From an uncultured Planctomycetota bacterium (GTDB lineage: Bacteria > Planctomycetota > Planctomycetia > Isosphaerales > Isosphaeraceae): a stretch of 64,000 nucleotides of DNA. Below the pieces are notes generated by a model that searched no databases, was not told the origin of the DNA, and saw nothing but the letters and a program-made list of their open reading frames with translations. The stretch lies in assembly GCA_963737655.1 (NCBI GenBank), contig CAVTTN010000002.1:5024001-5088000 (forward strand), written 5' to 3'. The position numbers and the translations under genes are program-made. Of the stretch, positions 1 through 11,858 are shown piece by piece (the first letter of the stretch is position 1; each line of letters begins with the position of its first letter).

Positions 1-155
1 CCGAGCTGATGGACGCCTACATCAAGGAGGCCGAGGACTTCTCCAAGGTCGCCGGCAAGGACGACGCCAAGCAGGCCGACGTCAAGAAGGCGTGGAACAA
101 CGTCTCCGCCTCCTGCTCCGCCTGCCACAAGATCTTCCGCAAGGACGACGATTGA
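1..155 (+). CDS. c-type cytochrome, class II / cytochrome c'-like, C-terminal fragment (truncated by window)
   Basis: Frame from base 3 reads ELMDAYIKEAEDFSKV...KKAWNNVSASCSACHKIFRKDDD*, with a C-terminal CxxCH haem motif after a helical segment; TGA at 153-155. Confidence 0.75.
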   Translation, partial: ELMDAYIKEAEDFSKVAGKDDAKQADVKKAWNNVSASCSACHKIFRKDDD

Positions 156-170
156 TCGGCTTGAACCATC

Positions 171-212
171 CCCGGGCGGCATGCGGACGAAGACGTCCGC
201 ATGCCGCCCGGG
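171..212. repeat. Palindromic repeat family A, short form
   Basis: Perfect 19-bp arms CCCGGGCGGCATGCGGACG / CGTCCGCATGCCGCCCGGG with a 4-nt loop; related to copies at 4101, 31173, 32501, 35971 and 53596. Confidence 0.85.
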
Positions 213-235
213 ACGCCCTCTCGGTCACTCCCGTC

Positions 236-952
236 ATGCGCTTCCTCGACCTGACCTTGCCGACGATCGAGGAGGACCTCGCGCTGGACGAGGCCCTCTT
301 GATCGAGGTCGAGGAGGGGCGTTCCCCGCCCTTGCTGAGGCTCTGGGAGCCAAGAAAGCCGGCCGTGGTCCTGGGAGCCTCGGGACGATTGGCCGAGGTC
401 TTCGTCGATCGCTGCCGAAGGGACGGCGTGCCGATCGCCCGGAGGGGCAGTGGCGGAGGGACCGTCGTCGTCGGCCCCGGCGCCCTGAACTTCTCCGCGA
501 TCCTGGCGAAGGACGCCGCCCCCGGCCTGGACGCCGTGGATCTCGCTCAAAGGTTTGTCCTGGAACGAGTTGCGGACGCCATCCGCGATTCCGGCCCCGC
601 CGTCCAGGTGCTCGGCTCGGGCGACCTGACCCTCGAGGGCCGGAAGGTCTCCGGCAGCGCCCAGAGGCGTCTGAAGGGGCATTTCCTCGTCCATGCGACG
701 ATCCTTTATGACTTCCCGCTCGCCGCGATCGACGACTATCTCGGCCTGCCCGCCCGCCAGCCCTCCTATCGGGAGAACCGGCCTCATCGCGAGTTCGTGG
801 CGAACCTGCCGGTTTCCCGGGACGTCCTCGCCCGGGCATTGCGCACGGCCTGGGGCCCGTTCGCCCCGGAGCCGGTCGAAATCCCGACGGATCGGGTCGC
901 GGCGCTCGTGGCGGAGAAGTTCGCGAGCCCCGGATGGGTCGAGCGGTTCTGA
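236..952 (+). CDS. Lipoate-protein ligase A family (BPL/LplA/LipB catalytic domain)
   Basis: DLALDEALL, LLRLWE, RRGSGGGTV and RKVSGSAQ motifs; next to the 2-oxoacid dehydrogenase operons; ATG at 236. Confidence 0.9.
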   Translation: MRFLDLTLPTIEEDLALDEALLIEVEEGRSPPLLRLWEPRKPAVVLGASGRLAEVFVDRCRRDGVPIARRGSGGGTVVVGPGALNFSAILAKDAAPGLDAVDLAQRFVLERVADAIRDSGPAVQVLGSGDLTLEGRKVSGSAQRRLKGHFLVHATILYDFPLAAIDDYLGLPARQPSYRENRPHREFVANLPVSRDVLARALRTAWGPFAPEPVEIPTDRVAALVAEKFASPGWVERF

Positions 953-1293
953 TCGGTCCGGCTTCGCCCCGGAAAAATCGGGGAAAACTTCGCCATGGGA
1001 CGCCCGATCGTCCGTATTCCCTTAGAGACCCCGGGGCCGCCCCGTTCGTCGTCCGCGCCTTGCGCGAATCGCCGCTTTCGGAAAACTCGATGGCCGACGG
1101 CACGGGATTCGATGCGAGCGTTCCGGACGTCTATACTTGACGGAAGACGGCCGGATCGGTCTTGGGTCTTCTCGGGATTGCGGTATGCTGGGAGGATGCG
1201 TGTCGCGCGGATTCGCGGCACCGTCCCGGCGGATCGGCCAAAACGGCGGGGGCGGGAGATCGTCCCGCCCGCCCCTCCTTGGGATCTCGTTCC

Positions 1294-4074
1294 ATGAATC
1301 GCTCGACGGTCGGCAGTCGGCCCAACCTCGAAGTGATCGAGGCGAACTACCACCAGTGGCTCCAGGACCCCGCCTCGGTCGACCCGACCTGGCGGTTTTT
1401 TTTCGAGGGGTTCGAGCTCGGGGCCTCGGGCGAGTCGCCGCCCGGACAGCAGGAGGCGGGGGCGGCGCAGTCGGGCGTGACCCGGCTGATCGACGCCTAC
1501 CGGGAGATCGGCCACTACCTCGCCGACCTCGACCCGCTGAAGCTCACCCCGGTCCGCGAGGCCCACGAGCTGCTGGACCTCGCCGAGTTCGGCCTCTCCG
1601 AGGCCGACCTCGACCGCACGTTCCACACCCGGCTCGTCCCCTCCGGCTCGGCCACCCTCCGGGAGATCCTCGCGATCCTCAAGGAGACGTATTGCCGGAC
1701 CGTCGGCGTCGAGTTCATGCACATCCGGGACCGCAAGGTCCGCCAGTGGCTCCAGGAGCGGATGGAATCGACCCGGAACCACCCCGGGTTCGACCTCCAG
1801 AAGAAGCGGCGAATCCTCTGGAAGCTCAACGCCGCGGCCCTCTTCGAGCGATTCCTGCACTCGAACTACAAGGGGCAGAAGCGGTTCTCGCTCGAAGGCG
1901 GCGAGATGCTCATCCCCCTGCTCGACGCCCTGATCGAACGGGCCGCGAGGCTGGAGGTCAAGGAGATCGTTTTGGGGATGTCCCACCGGGGGCGGCTGAA
2001 CGTCCTGGCGAACATCCTGGACAAGCCCTACGGCCTGATCTTCAGCGAGTTCGACGAGATCGCGCCCAAGACGTTCGCCGGGGACGGCGACGTGAAGTAC
2101 CACCTGGGCTTCTCGGCCGACCGGACCACGGCCGAGGGGCAGCACGTCCACATCTCCCTGACGCCCAACCCCAGCCACCTGGAGGCCGTCAACCCCGTGG
2201 TCGAGGGGCGGGTCCGGGCCAAGCAGAGGCGGTTCAAGGACACGGCGAGGAAGCTCGGCCTGCCGGTCCTGATCCACGGTGACGCCGCCTTCGCCGGCCA
2301 GGGCCTGGTGGCCGAGACCCTGAACCTCTCGCAGCTCTCGGGCTACAAGACCGGCGGCACCGTCCACCTGGTCGTCAATAACCAGATCGGCTTCACCACC
2401 AACCCGATCGACAGCCGGTCCACCCGGTACTGCACCGACGTGGCCAAGATGATCGAGGTGCCGATCTTCCACGTCAACGGCGAGGACCCCGAGGCGGTCG
2501 TCTACGTGGCCGAGCTGGCGATGGAGTTCCGCCAGACGTTCGGCCAGGACGTGGTGATCGACATGGTCTGCTACCGCCGCCACGGCCACAACGAGGGGGA
2601 CGAGCCGGCCTTCACCCAGCCGGTCATGTACGCCAGGATCAAGGACCGCAAGAGCATCCACGAGCTGTACACCGACGCCCTGATCGCCGCCGGGGAGCTC
2701 TCCCAGCAGGAGGCCGACACGATCGCCGAGACGTTCTCGGAGAAGCTCCAGGCGGTCTTCGAGGAGGTCCACGTCCGCCACCAGCCCCCCCGGCCGACCC
2801 AGCCCGGCTTCGCCAACAACTGGAAGGGCTTCACGCCGAGCTACTCGTTCCGCCGACCGAGACGGGCGTCCCGGCCGAGGTCCTCCGCAAGATCGTCGAG
2901 ACCACGTCCAAGGTCCCCGAGACGTTCCACCGCAACCCGAAGCTCGACCGCATCCTCGCCCAGAGGGTCAAGGCGTTCGAGAGCGGCCAGGGGATCGACT
3001 GGGCGTTCGCCGAGACCCTGGCCTTCGGCTCGCTCCTCCTGGAGCGGGTGCCGGTCAGGCTCTCCGGCCAGGACAGCCGCCGGGGGACGTTCAGCCAGAG
3101 GCACGCCGTCCTGTCCGACTCCCTGAGCGGCGAGCGGTTCACCCCCCTGAACAACATGGAAGCCGGCCAGGCCGAGCCTCTCGGTGTATGACAGCCTGCT
3201 GTCCGAGGCCGCCGTCCTCGGGTTCGATTACGGCTACTCGCTCGAAGAGCCGAACATGCTGATCCTCTGGGAGGCCCAGTTCGGCGACTTCGCCAACGGC
3301 GCCCAGGTCATCATCGACCAGTTCATCGCCTCGGCCGAGAGCAAGTGGGGCCGCGCCAGCGGCCTGGTGATGCTCCTGCCCCACGGCTACGAGGGGATGG
3401 GGCCGGAGCACTCCAGCGCCCGGCTGGAACGCTTCCTCTCGCTCTGCGCCGACGACAATATCCAGGTCGTCAACGCCTCGACCCCGGCGCAGTATTTCCA
3501 CCTCCTCAGGCGTCAGGTGAAGCGAAACTTCCGCAAGCCCCTGATCCTGATGACGCCCAAGAGCCTCCTCCGGGAGAAGGCCGGCTACCCCAACTCGGTC
3601 TCGACCGTGGCCGAGCTGACCTCCGGCGGCTTCCGCGACGTGATCGACGACCCGATCGACCCGAAGCGGGTCCGCCGGGTGGTCCTGTGCAGCGGCAAGC
3701 TCTATCACGACCTGGCCAAGGCCCGGTCCGAGTCGGCCCATCAGGACGAGGTCGCGATCATCCGCCTGGAGCAGTTCTACCCCTGGCCGGCGGACGCCCT
3801 GGCCTCGGCGATCGGCCGGTTCCAGAACGCCTCGGAGTGGGTCTGGGCCCAGGAAGAGTCGCAGAACATGGGCGGCTGGACGTTCGTCGATCGGAGGCTC
3901 CGCGACCTGACCGGCGAGACCTTCGAATACGTCGGCCGGGACGCCAGCGCCAGCCCGGCCACGGGCTCGCACCACGTCCACGACGCCGAGCAGGCCGAGC
4001 TCGTCAAGGCCGCCCTCGGCGCCCCCCTGCCCCACCTCGTCGCCGCCGAGCCCGTCGGCGCCGGGAAGAAGTAA
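1294..4074 (+). CDS. sucA: 2-oxoglutarate dehydrogenase E1 (two compensating frameshifts near 2851 and 3156-3180)
   Basis: [38 protein letters not shown]; middle segment in another frame reads [32 protein letters not shown]-terminal part [23 protein letters not shown]. Confidence 0.95.
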
Positions 4075-4100
4075 GCGGAAACCGCCCTCCGAGTGAACCT

Positions 4101-4186
4101 GGGTGGCATGCGTACGTCCTCGTCAGCATGTCTTCGGTTGGGGCCCTGACCGAAGACATGCTGACGAGGACGTACGCATGCCACCC
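4101..4186. repeat. Palindromic repeat family A, full doublet
   Basis: GGGTGGCATGCGTACGTCCTCGTCAGCATGTCTTCGGT...ACCGAAGACATGCTGACGAGGACGTACGCATGCCACCC long inverted repeat between sucA and sucB. Confidence 0.9.
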
Positions 4187-4342
4187 GGATGACGATCCGT
4201 CCTCGGCGGGGCGCGCCCCGTCGAGAGTCGGCGCGCCCGTCGTCTCGATTCGCGCCCGGATCGGTTACAATGACATCGGAACACCACGGCGACGCCCCGG
4301 GGCGTCGGAACTCGGCCCCTGGGGCCTGAAGGGCGAGCGGCG

Positions 4343-5578
4343 ATGGCCACTGTTTCGATCCAGGTGCCCGGCATGGGCGAGTCGATCTCCGAGGGCATCC
4401 TGTCCCGCTGGCTGAAGCCCGACGGCTCGGCCGTGAAGGCCGGCGAGCCCCTCTTCGAACTCGAGACCGACAAGGCCAGCACCACCATCGACGCCCCCTC
4501 GGCCGGGACGTTGAAGATCGTCTCCCCCGAGGGCGCCACGGTGGCCATCGGCGCGACCGTCGGCACGATCGACCCGTCCGGGGCGGCGGCCTCCGCATCC
4601 CCCGCCGCGAAGGCGCCCGAACCGGCATTGGCGACTGCCCCGGCGCCGGCGGCCAGCAATGGCGGAGCGGCCGTGGCGCTCGCGCCGTCGGTCCGCCGGA
4701 TCGTGGCCGAGGAGCACGTCGATCCCTCCCAGGTCGCCGGCACGGGCCGGGGCGGGCGGATCACCAAGGGAGACGTGCTCGCCCACCTCGAAAAGCCCCC
4801 GGTCGCGGAAGCCCCGCCCTCGTCGCCCGCTCCGTCTCCCGCTCCCGCCCCTCCCGCCGCGGTCCCCTCGTCCTCGTCTCCCAGGGAGACGCGGAAGCGG
4901 ATGCCCCTGATCCGCCAGAAGATCGCCCAGAGGCTCGTCGAGGCCCAGCAGACCGCCGCGATCCTCACCACCTTCAACGAAGCCGACATGACCCGGATCA
5001 TGGACCTCCGGGCCCGGTACAAGGAATCGTATCAGAAGAAGCACGGGGTCGGCCTCGGCTTCATGTCGTTCTTCGTGAAGGCCACGATCGAGGCCCTGAA
5101 GGCGTTCCCGGCCGTCAATGGACGGATCGACGGCCAGGACATCGTGTACAACAACGCCTATGACATCGGCGTGGCCGTCTCGACCGAACGAGGGCTGATG
5201 GTCCCGGTGGTCCGCGACGCCGACCGGCTCTCGTTCGCCGGGATCGAGAAGGCGATCGCCGAGTTCGGCAAGAAGGCGAAGGAGAACGCGATCACCGTGG
5301 CCGACCTCCAGGGCGGCACCTTCACGATCACCAACGGAGGGGTCTTCGGCTCCCTCCTCTCGACGCCCATCCTCAACCCTCCGCAATCGGGCATCCTCGG
5401 GATGCACTCGATCCAGAAGCGCCCGGTGGCGATCGACGACCAGGTCGTGATCCGGCCGATGATGTACCTCGCCCTCTCCTACGACCACCGGATCGTGGAC
5501 GGCAAGGAGGCGGTCAGCTTCCTCGTGAAGATCAAGGAATGCGTCGAGAACCCCGAGAGGATGATGCTGGAGGTCTGA
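4343..5578 (+). CDS. sucB: Dihydrolipoamide succinyltransferase (OGDH E2)
   Basis: Lipoyl domain ETDKA, E3-binding [13 protein letters not shown], catalytic [23 protein letters not shown] and [10 protein letters not shown]. Confidence 0.97.
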   Translation: MATVSIQVPGMGESISEGILSRWLKPDGSAVKAGEPLFELETDKASTTIDAPSAGTLKIVSPEGATVAIGATVGTIDPSGAAASASPAAKAPEPALATAPAPAASNGGAAVALAPSVRRIVAEEHVDPSQVAGTGRGGRITKGDVLAHLEKPPVAEAPPSSPAPSPAPAPPAAVPSSSSPRETRKRMPLIRQKIAQRLVEAQQTAAILTTFNEADMTRIMDLRARYKESYQKKHGVGLGFMSFFVKATIEALKAFPAVNGRIDGQDIVYNNAYDIGVAVSTERGLMVPVVRDADRLSFAGIEKAIAEFGKKAKENAITVADLQGGTFTITNGGVFGSLLSTPILNPPQSGILGMHSIQKRPVAIDDQVVIRPMMYLALSYDHRIVDGKEAVSFLVKIKECVENPERMMLEV

Positions 5579-5614
5579 GTCGATCCCCTACGCGACGATT
5601 CTTGAGGAGGTCAC

Positions 5615-5998
5615 ATGGCGTCGATCGCGGCAGAACGATCCGAAGCATTGGAGGAACTGACCCGCGGCCTCGATCCCGAGCAGATCCGACGCTTCACGAG
5701 CTCGCTGGAATTCGTGGCGGACCACGCGGCCCGCAGGGTGCTGGAGTCCTCTCGCCGAGAGATCGGCTACACCAAAGAGTCCGCCGCGCTGGTGCCCCTT
5801 CTGGCGGCCCGCTCGGGCGAATCGAACGAAGAAGTTCTGTACAAGGCACTCCAACTCTACCAGGTCGTCCTGGATTACGCGGAGAAGGGGGACCGCCTGG
5901 CGATCCTGGACCCCGAGGACACGATCGTCCGAGAGATTGAGGGGATCGGCAGGGCTCGGTCGGCCGGCCCCGACGACCCCGCGGGATCGGTCGAATGA
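5615..5998 (+). CDS. Hypothetical protein, possible ribbon-helix-helix (CopG-like) domain
   Basis: RBS GAGGAGG before ATG; C-terminal SNEEVLYKALQLY..GDRLAILD..REIEGI resembles RHH-type small proteins. Confidence 0.6.
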   Translation: MASIAAERSEALEELTRGLDPEQIRRFTSSLEFVADHAARRVLESSRREIGYTKESAALVPLLAARSGESNEEVLYKALQLYQVVLDYAEKGDRLAILDPEDTIVREIEGIGRARSAGPDDPAGSVE

Positions 5999-6403
5999 CG
6001 TCCGATCCGGGTCCGGGAAAGGGCCGGTCCAAGAAGGCTCATCGGCCGGAGAAAACCGAAGATCCGCTCCCAATCCGTGCGATCCCGGCCGTCCTCCTCG
6101 AGGCCAGGACCAGAGAATGGATCGACCGACTCGAAGCCGAGATCGAAAGGCAGAGGGCTGAACTCGCCTATCTTCGCCATGAGATCGGACGCCTCGGTCC
6201 GGAGAACGCGAGACTCTCCGCACAACTTGAGATGGCCGAGCAGTGGAACGTCGCGGCCACGGTGCTCGTCTCCCTCGGAGGCGCACTCCTCGGATACTCC
6301 GGCTTCGCCGAGCCGCACGCCCGGGTTGTCGCCAGTTTCGGAGCCGCCTTCAACATTTCGGGAATCTTCCTCATGTTCCGCGGGATACGGAAAGGGCGAA
6401 ATC

Positions 6404-6411
<8 letters not shown>
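5995..6411 (+). CDS. Hypothetical membrane protein (coiled coil + 2 TM)
   Basis: ATGA overlap with the upstream ORF; heptad segment then two hydrophobic helices; overlaps the lpdA start by 8 nt. Confidence 0.6.
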
Positions 6412-7810
<1,399 letters not shown>

Positions 7811-7831
7811 GAAAGAGAGGGAAGGCCCGAG

Positions 7832-8248
7832 ATGGACGAATCGACCCTCCTGCGCAACGCCACGGTCCAGGAGATCCAGCTCGAATTGATCCGAAGGACC
7901 TGCTTCAACGCGATGGACGGCCGGATCGTCTTCGACGGCCTCCTCCGTCACCGAGACCTCTGGCGAGCCGCGATCCTGGACCGGCCGGGCCTGCCCGATC
8001 CCGACCGGCCGGACCATCTCGCGAGGATGAGCCTCATCAAGCTCCGCGACCTCTCCCGGAACGTCTGGAACGCCGATACCCTGTTCCTCCTCACGCCCTC
8101 GCCCGAGCACGCCCGCACCCTCAAGAGCATCGCCGAGACCGAGGATTGGGGCGCCGAGGTTTCGACGATCGACGATCGCGAGGAGATCGAGGGGCCCCTC
8201 GGCTGCTTTCCGAGCACCAGTGGTTTGCTGATCCTCTGGTGGGACTGA
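7832..8248 (+). CDS. Hypothetical protein
   Basis: Purine-rich RBS, host-like codon usage, ends LILWWD. Confidence 0.7.
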   Translation: MDESTLLRNATVQEIQLELIRRTCFNAMDGRIVFDGLLRHRDLWRAAILDRPGLPDPDRPDHLARMSLIKLRDLSRNVWNADTLFLLTPSPEHARTLKSIAETEDWGAEVSTIDDREEIEGPLGCFPSTSGLLILWWD

Positions 8249-8299
8249 TCGGCTCGCCGTTGCCCGGGGCGAACCTCGGCCTCTGCCGAAAGGGAGCTC

Positions 8300-8662
8300 A
8301 TGACCTTCGTCTGGGTCTTCCAGGGAGAGGACGGGCGGCTCGCCTCGGGCGTGTTCTCCTCCCGGGAAAACGCGGAAGCCTGGATCGCGAAGCACGGCCT
8401 GAGCGGGCTGCTGACCCGCTACCCGCTCGATACCGGGGCCTACGACTGGGAAGTCGAATCGGGGCATTTCTCTCCTCGAAAGGACGACCAGAAGTCATCT
8501 CGATTCATCGGACGATTCACCGGGGGGAGCGTCCACTTCCACTACGAAGACGGCCACAACACGGAGGATCTCGTGAGGCCCGATGTGAGCGGGGTTCCCG
8601 ACGATCCGGGGGTCGAGGAGCACGGATTGCCGGCCGTGCCCGATGAAGATCCATCGACGTAG
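8300..8662 (+). CDS. Hypothetical protein (small aromatic-rich globular domain)
   Basis: RBS GGGAG; VWVFQGE..SGVFSSRENAEAWI..LTRYPLD..YDW..HFHYEDG. Confidence 0.7.
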   Translation: MTFVWVFQGEDGRLASGVFSSRENAEAWIAKHGLSGLLTRYPLDTGAYDWEVESGHFSPRKDDQKSSRFIGRFTGGSVHFHYEDGHNTEDLVRPDVSGVPDDPGVEEHGLPAVPDEDPST

Positions 8663-8676
8663 GCACGCAAGCTGCT
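8661..8676 (+). promoter_or_regulatory. Candidate sigma-54 (-24/-12) promoter
   Basis: AGGCACGCAAGCTGCT: GG(8662-63)-N10-GC(8674-75), close to consensus TGGCACG-N4-TTGCW; upstream of the secreted protein at 8795. Confidence 0.55.
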
Positions 8677-8794
8677 ACCGATCCCTCTTCGGGACAAGGC
8701 GGCGCGGGGCGGGCCCTCGCGCCTCGATCGCATTCCGAGAGAGGGCGGGCCCTCGGCCCCCGCCAGCCGAACCCGCCCGAGGGAGCCGACCATC

Positions 8795-9570
8795 ATGGAT
8801 CCGCGACGAACCTCCCGGGGCCGACGGCCCCGGGTCGAGGCCCTGGAAGACTATTGCCTCCTGTCCACCGTGACCGTCTACCCGTTCGGGCACCCCGACG
8901 ACGCCCGCAAGGTCGTCATCAACAACGGCGCCTCGGGCGGGCTGACCGGCGTGGCCGAATCCACCGGCACCGGCGCCAGCGCGGGCGTGGGCAACACCGG
9001 CACCGACTCCAACGTGACCTCCACGCCCACCGGCGTCGGCGCCCGGGCGCCACGTCCACCTCGTCCTCGTCCTCCTCGGGGCTCGCCGTCGTCGGCGCGA
9101 ACTTCCGGCCGCATGGCAACCATCTGCGGTACACCCAGACCCTCAAAGGCTCGGGCAAGACCTTCCGCCAGACGTTCCAGGCCACGGTCAAGGGCTCGGG
9201 CGGGACGGTCACGCCCGCGGAGGCCCTCGGCCTGTTCACCACCGAGCTGGCCAGGAGGGGCGGCCCGTCCTCGCCGACCCTGCCCGTGACGACCCCTCCG
9301 GCCGGCACCTACACCATCCGCGATGAGTCGATCCGCACACGAGGCCGCACGACCACGTTCCAGCTGACCGTGAACTCCGGGTCCGAACAGATCCGCGCGA
9401 CCTATTCGATCCGCGAGTCCGAAGGCCGGGGGATCTCCGCCTCGTCGTCGCCGACCGAGAACGACGCGTTCGACGTCTTCGCCCGCAGCCTGGCGGCGAG
9501 AGAAGGGATCGCCCTGGCCGCGACCGCCGGATCGTCCTCGACCTCCACCCCGCAGGCCCCTCTGCGATAG
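8795..9570 (+). CDS. Planctomycete-type secreted protein (LExRxLL-like N-terminal motif), frameshift near 9045
   Basis: MDPRRTSRGRRPRVEALEDYCLLS N-terminus, Ser/Thr/Gly linker; continues in another frame (GATSTSSSS...) to TAG 9570. Confidence 0.7.
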
Positions 9571-9612
9571 GGAGGGGCCTGCCTGTTGACGATCGCCCCG
9601 AAGCCCGGCGGC

Positions 9613-10344
9613 TCAGGTCGAGGCGGCGAGCCTCCGCCTCCGAGAGGCCGCCGAGGCGTGGGCACAAAGGATCGCGACCAGGAAGGAAGACGCCCCCCGG
9701 ACCACGGTCGAGCCGAGCATCAGCAGGTAGGTTTGGGGGTCGAGGAAGTTCCGCCACCGGAGCGGCCACTCCCAGCGGACCTGCGTGATCGCGAACAGGA
9801 GCCACAGGGCGAACGCGAGCGACGCGGCCCCGATCGCGAGCCTGCGGAGGGGCTCGAAGTCCCGGCGATCCGGGTCGTCCGCGGCCCATCCCGCCAGCTC
9901 CGACAGGGTCACCAGGCGGATCAGGACGATCAAGCGGAGCGAGAAGACCTGGATCGGGTCGGCGGCGGCGCGGAGGATCGGCCCCCCTCGACCGAACATG
10001 CTCGCATGATCGGCCCACCAGTAGATCAGGCTGGCCACGCAGCTCATCGCCAGGACCCAGGCCCTCGCCCGCCAGCCCCGGGTGGTCCGGTCGCCGCCGA
10101 CCAGGAGGATGGCCGCGAGCAGGTTCGCGACGAGCATCGGGCCGCCGAAGTAGACGTCCCAGCGCGGGTCATCGACGAGCCGGCGGAGGTCCGGGGTCGG
10201 GAACAGGAGACGCCCGGCGACCAGGAGGACATAGGCCCCGGACGCCACCGACGCGGCCGAGGCCAGGAGGAAGGCGAGCTGGTCGCGGGCGAGCCGGACC
10301 CCGAGCGAGTCCGGCGGCTCTTCCTCGACGAGGAAACGGTCCAT
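9613..10344 (-). CDS. Hypothetical multi-pass membrane protein
   Basis: MDRFLVEEEPP... with about 6 hydrophobic segments; directly downstream of the second lpdA. Confidence 0.65.
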   Translation of the reverse strand: MDRFLVEEEPPDSLGVRLARDQLAFLLASAASVASGAYVLLVAGRLLFPTPDLRRLVDDPRWDVYFGGPMLVANLLAAILLVGGDRTTRGWRARAWVLAMSCVASLIYWWADHASMFGRGGPILRAAADPIQVFSLRLIVLIRLVTLSELAGWAADDPDRRDFEPLRRLAIGAASLAFALWLLFAITQVRWEWPLRWRNFLDPQTYLLMLGSTVVRGASSFLVAILCAHASAASRRRRLAAST

Positions 10345-10361
10345 GACCACGCCCCCCGGGC

Positions 10362-11747
10362 TCAGATATGAACCGACTCTCCCAGGCCCTGCCCGGCGGC
10401 TTCCATGATCGATTCGGAATACGTCGGGTGCGGGTGCATGGCGTGGATGATCTCCTCCTCGGTCGCTTCGAGCTTCTTGGCCATCACGAGCTCGGCGATC
10501 AGCTCGGTGGCCTGCGACCCGAGGAGGTGGGCCCCCAGCAGTTCGCCGTGCTTCTTGTCGAAGATCAGCTTGACGAACCCCTCGGTCTCGTCGGCCGCCT
10601 GGGCCCGCCCGCTGGCGAGGAACGGGAACTTGCCGATGCGGATGTCCAGGCCCTTCTCCCTCGCCGCCTTCTCGGTGAGTCCCACGCTGGCCACGCCCGG
10701 GTCGGTGTAGGTGCATCCCGGGATCGTGGTGTAATCGACCTGCCGGTCGGCGTGGCCACACAGGCGCTCGACGCAGGCGATCGCCTCGTGATGGGCCACG
10801 TGGGCCAGCCACGGAGGGCCGATCACGTCGCCCACGGCGTAGATGCCCTTCGCCGTCGTCGCATAGCCGTTGGTGGGGTCGGCCTTGATGTGACCCTTGA
10901 ACAATTCGACGCCGAGCTTGTCGTCGAACAGCCCCTCCACGTTGGCGAGGACGCCGATCGACACGAGCATGACCTCGGCCTCGATCGTCCGCGGGCCCTG
11001 GGGCGTCTCGACCTCCACCTTCACGCCGTCCGGCCCCTTGGTCACCTTGCCGGTCTTCGACTTCGTGAGGATCTCGATGCCCCGCTTCGCCAAAGATTTC
11101 TCCAGGCCGGCGGAGACCTCCTCGTCCTCGCCGGGGAGGATGCGGTCGAGGAGCTCGACCAGGGTGACCTTCGTGCCGATCGCGTTGTAAAAGTAGCCGA
11201 ATTCCAGTCCGATCGGCCCCCCGCCGATGATCAGCATCGACTTGGGCTGCGTCGGCAGGCTCATGGCCTCCTTGTAGGAGATGATCTGCGTGCCGTCGAA
11301 CTCCGCGCCGGGCAGGGGGCGGGGCCGGACGCCGGTGGCCACCAGGATGTTCTCGGCCGTGACGGTCTCGCCGCCGACCTGGACGGTGTTCGGCTTGACG
11401 ACCTTCGCCGTGCCGAACTTCGAGCCCACCTTGTACTTGCGGAACAGCCCCTCGATCCCCTTGTTCAGGTTCGAGGCCACCCCGCGGCTCCGGGCGATCA
11501 TCTGGCCGAAGTCCCAGGAGGACTGGCCCGACCAGCCGAAATTCTTGCCGTGGCGGTTGATCAGCTCGACGAGGTGGGCGTTGGTGAGCAGGGCCTTGGT
11601 GGGGATGCAGCCCCAGTTCAGGCAGATCCCGCCGAGCTTGTCCTTCTCCACGCAAAGGGTCTTCTTGCCGAGCTGCGCCGCCCGGATCGCCGCCGCGTAA
11701 CCGGCGGGCCCTCCGCCGATCACGATCAGGTCAAAGTCGTAGGCCAT
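10362..11747 (-). CDS. lpdA: Dihydrolipoyl dehydrogenase (E3), PDH-associated
   Basis: GGGPAGYAAAIRAAQLG, GGICLNWGCIPTK, GGGPIGLEF, HPHPTYSE. Confidence 0.95.
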   Translation of the reverse strand: MAYDFDLIVIGGGPAGYAAAIRAAQLGKKTLCVEKDKLGGICLNWGCIPTKALLTNAHLVELINRHGKNFGWSGQSSWDFGQMIARSRGVASNLNKGIEGLFRKYKVGSKFGTAKVVKPNTVQVGGETVTAENILVATGVRPRPLPGAEFDGTQIISYKEAMSLPTQPKSMLIIGGGPIGLEFGYFYNAIGTKVTLVELLDRILPGEDEEVSAGLEKSLAKRGIEILTKSKTGKVTKGPDGVKVEVETPQGPRTIEAEVMLVSIGVLANVEGLFDDKLGVELFKGHIKADPTNGYATTAKGIYAVGDVIGPPWLAHVAHHEAIACVERLCGHADRQVDYTTIPGCTYTDPGVASVGLTEKAAREKGLDIRIGKFPFLASGRAQAADETEGFVKLIFDKKHGELLGAHLLGSQATELIAELVMAKKLEATEEEIIHAMHPHPTYSESIMEAAGQGLGESVHI

Positions 11748-11770
11748 CGGATCTCTCAACGGATGAGGAA

Positions 11771-11852
11771 AATCGATCCGCCGATGACGCCGATTTCCGC
11801 AGATTAAATCATGAATTTATCTGCGGAAATCGGCGTCATCGGCGGATCGATT
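11771..11852. repeat. Long perfect inverted repeat (family D)
   Basis: 34-bp perfect arms AATCGATCCGCCGATGACGCCGATTTCCGCAGAT (11771-11804) and complement (11819-11852), AT-rich 14-nt loop. Confidence 0.9.
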
Positions 11853-11858
11853 CTTGTC

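Noticed and set aside
2851..3190. Programmed ribosomal frameshifting or true pseudogenisation of sucA, pdhA and acnA
   Set aside because: No slippery heptamers, too many independent cases in core enzymes, and no other decay
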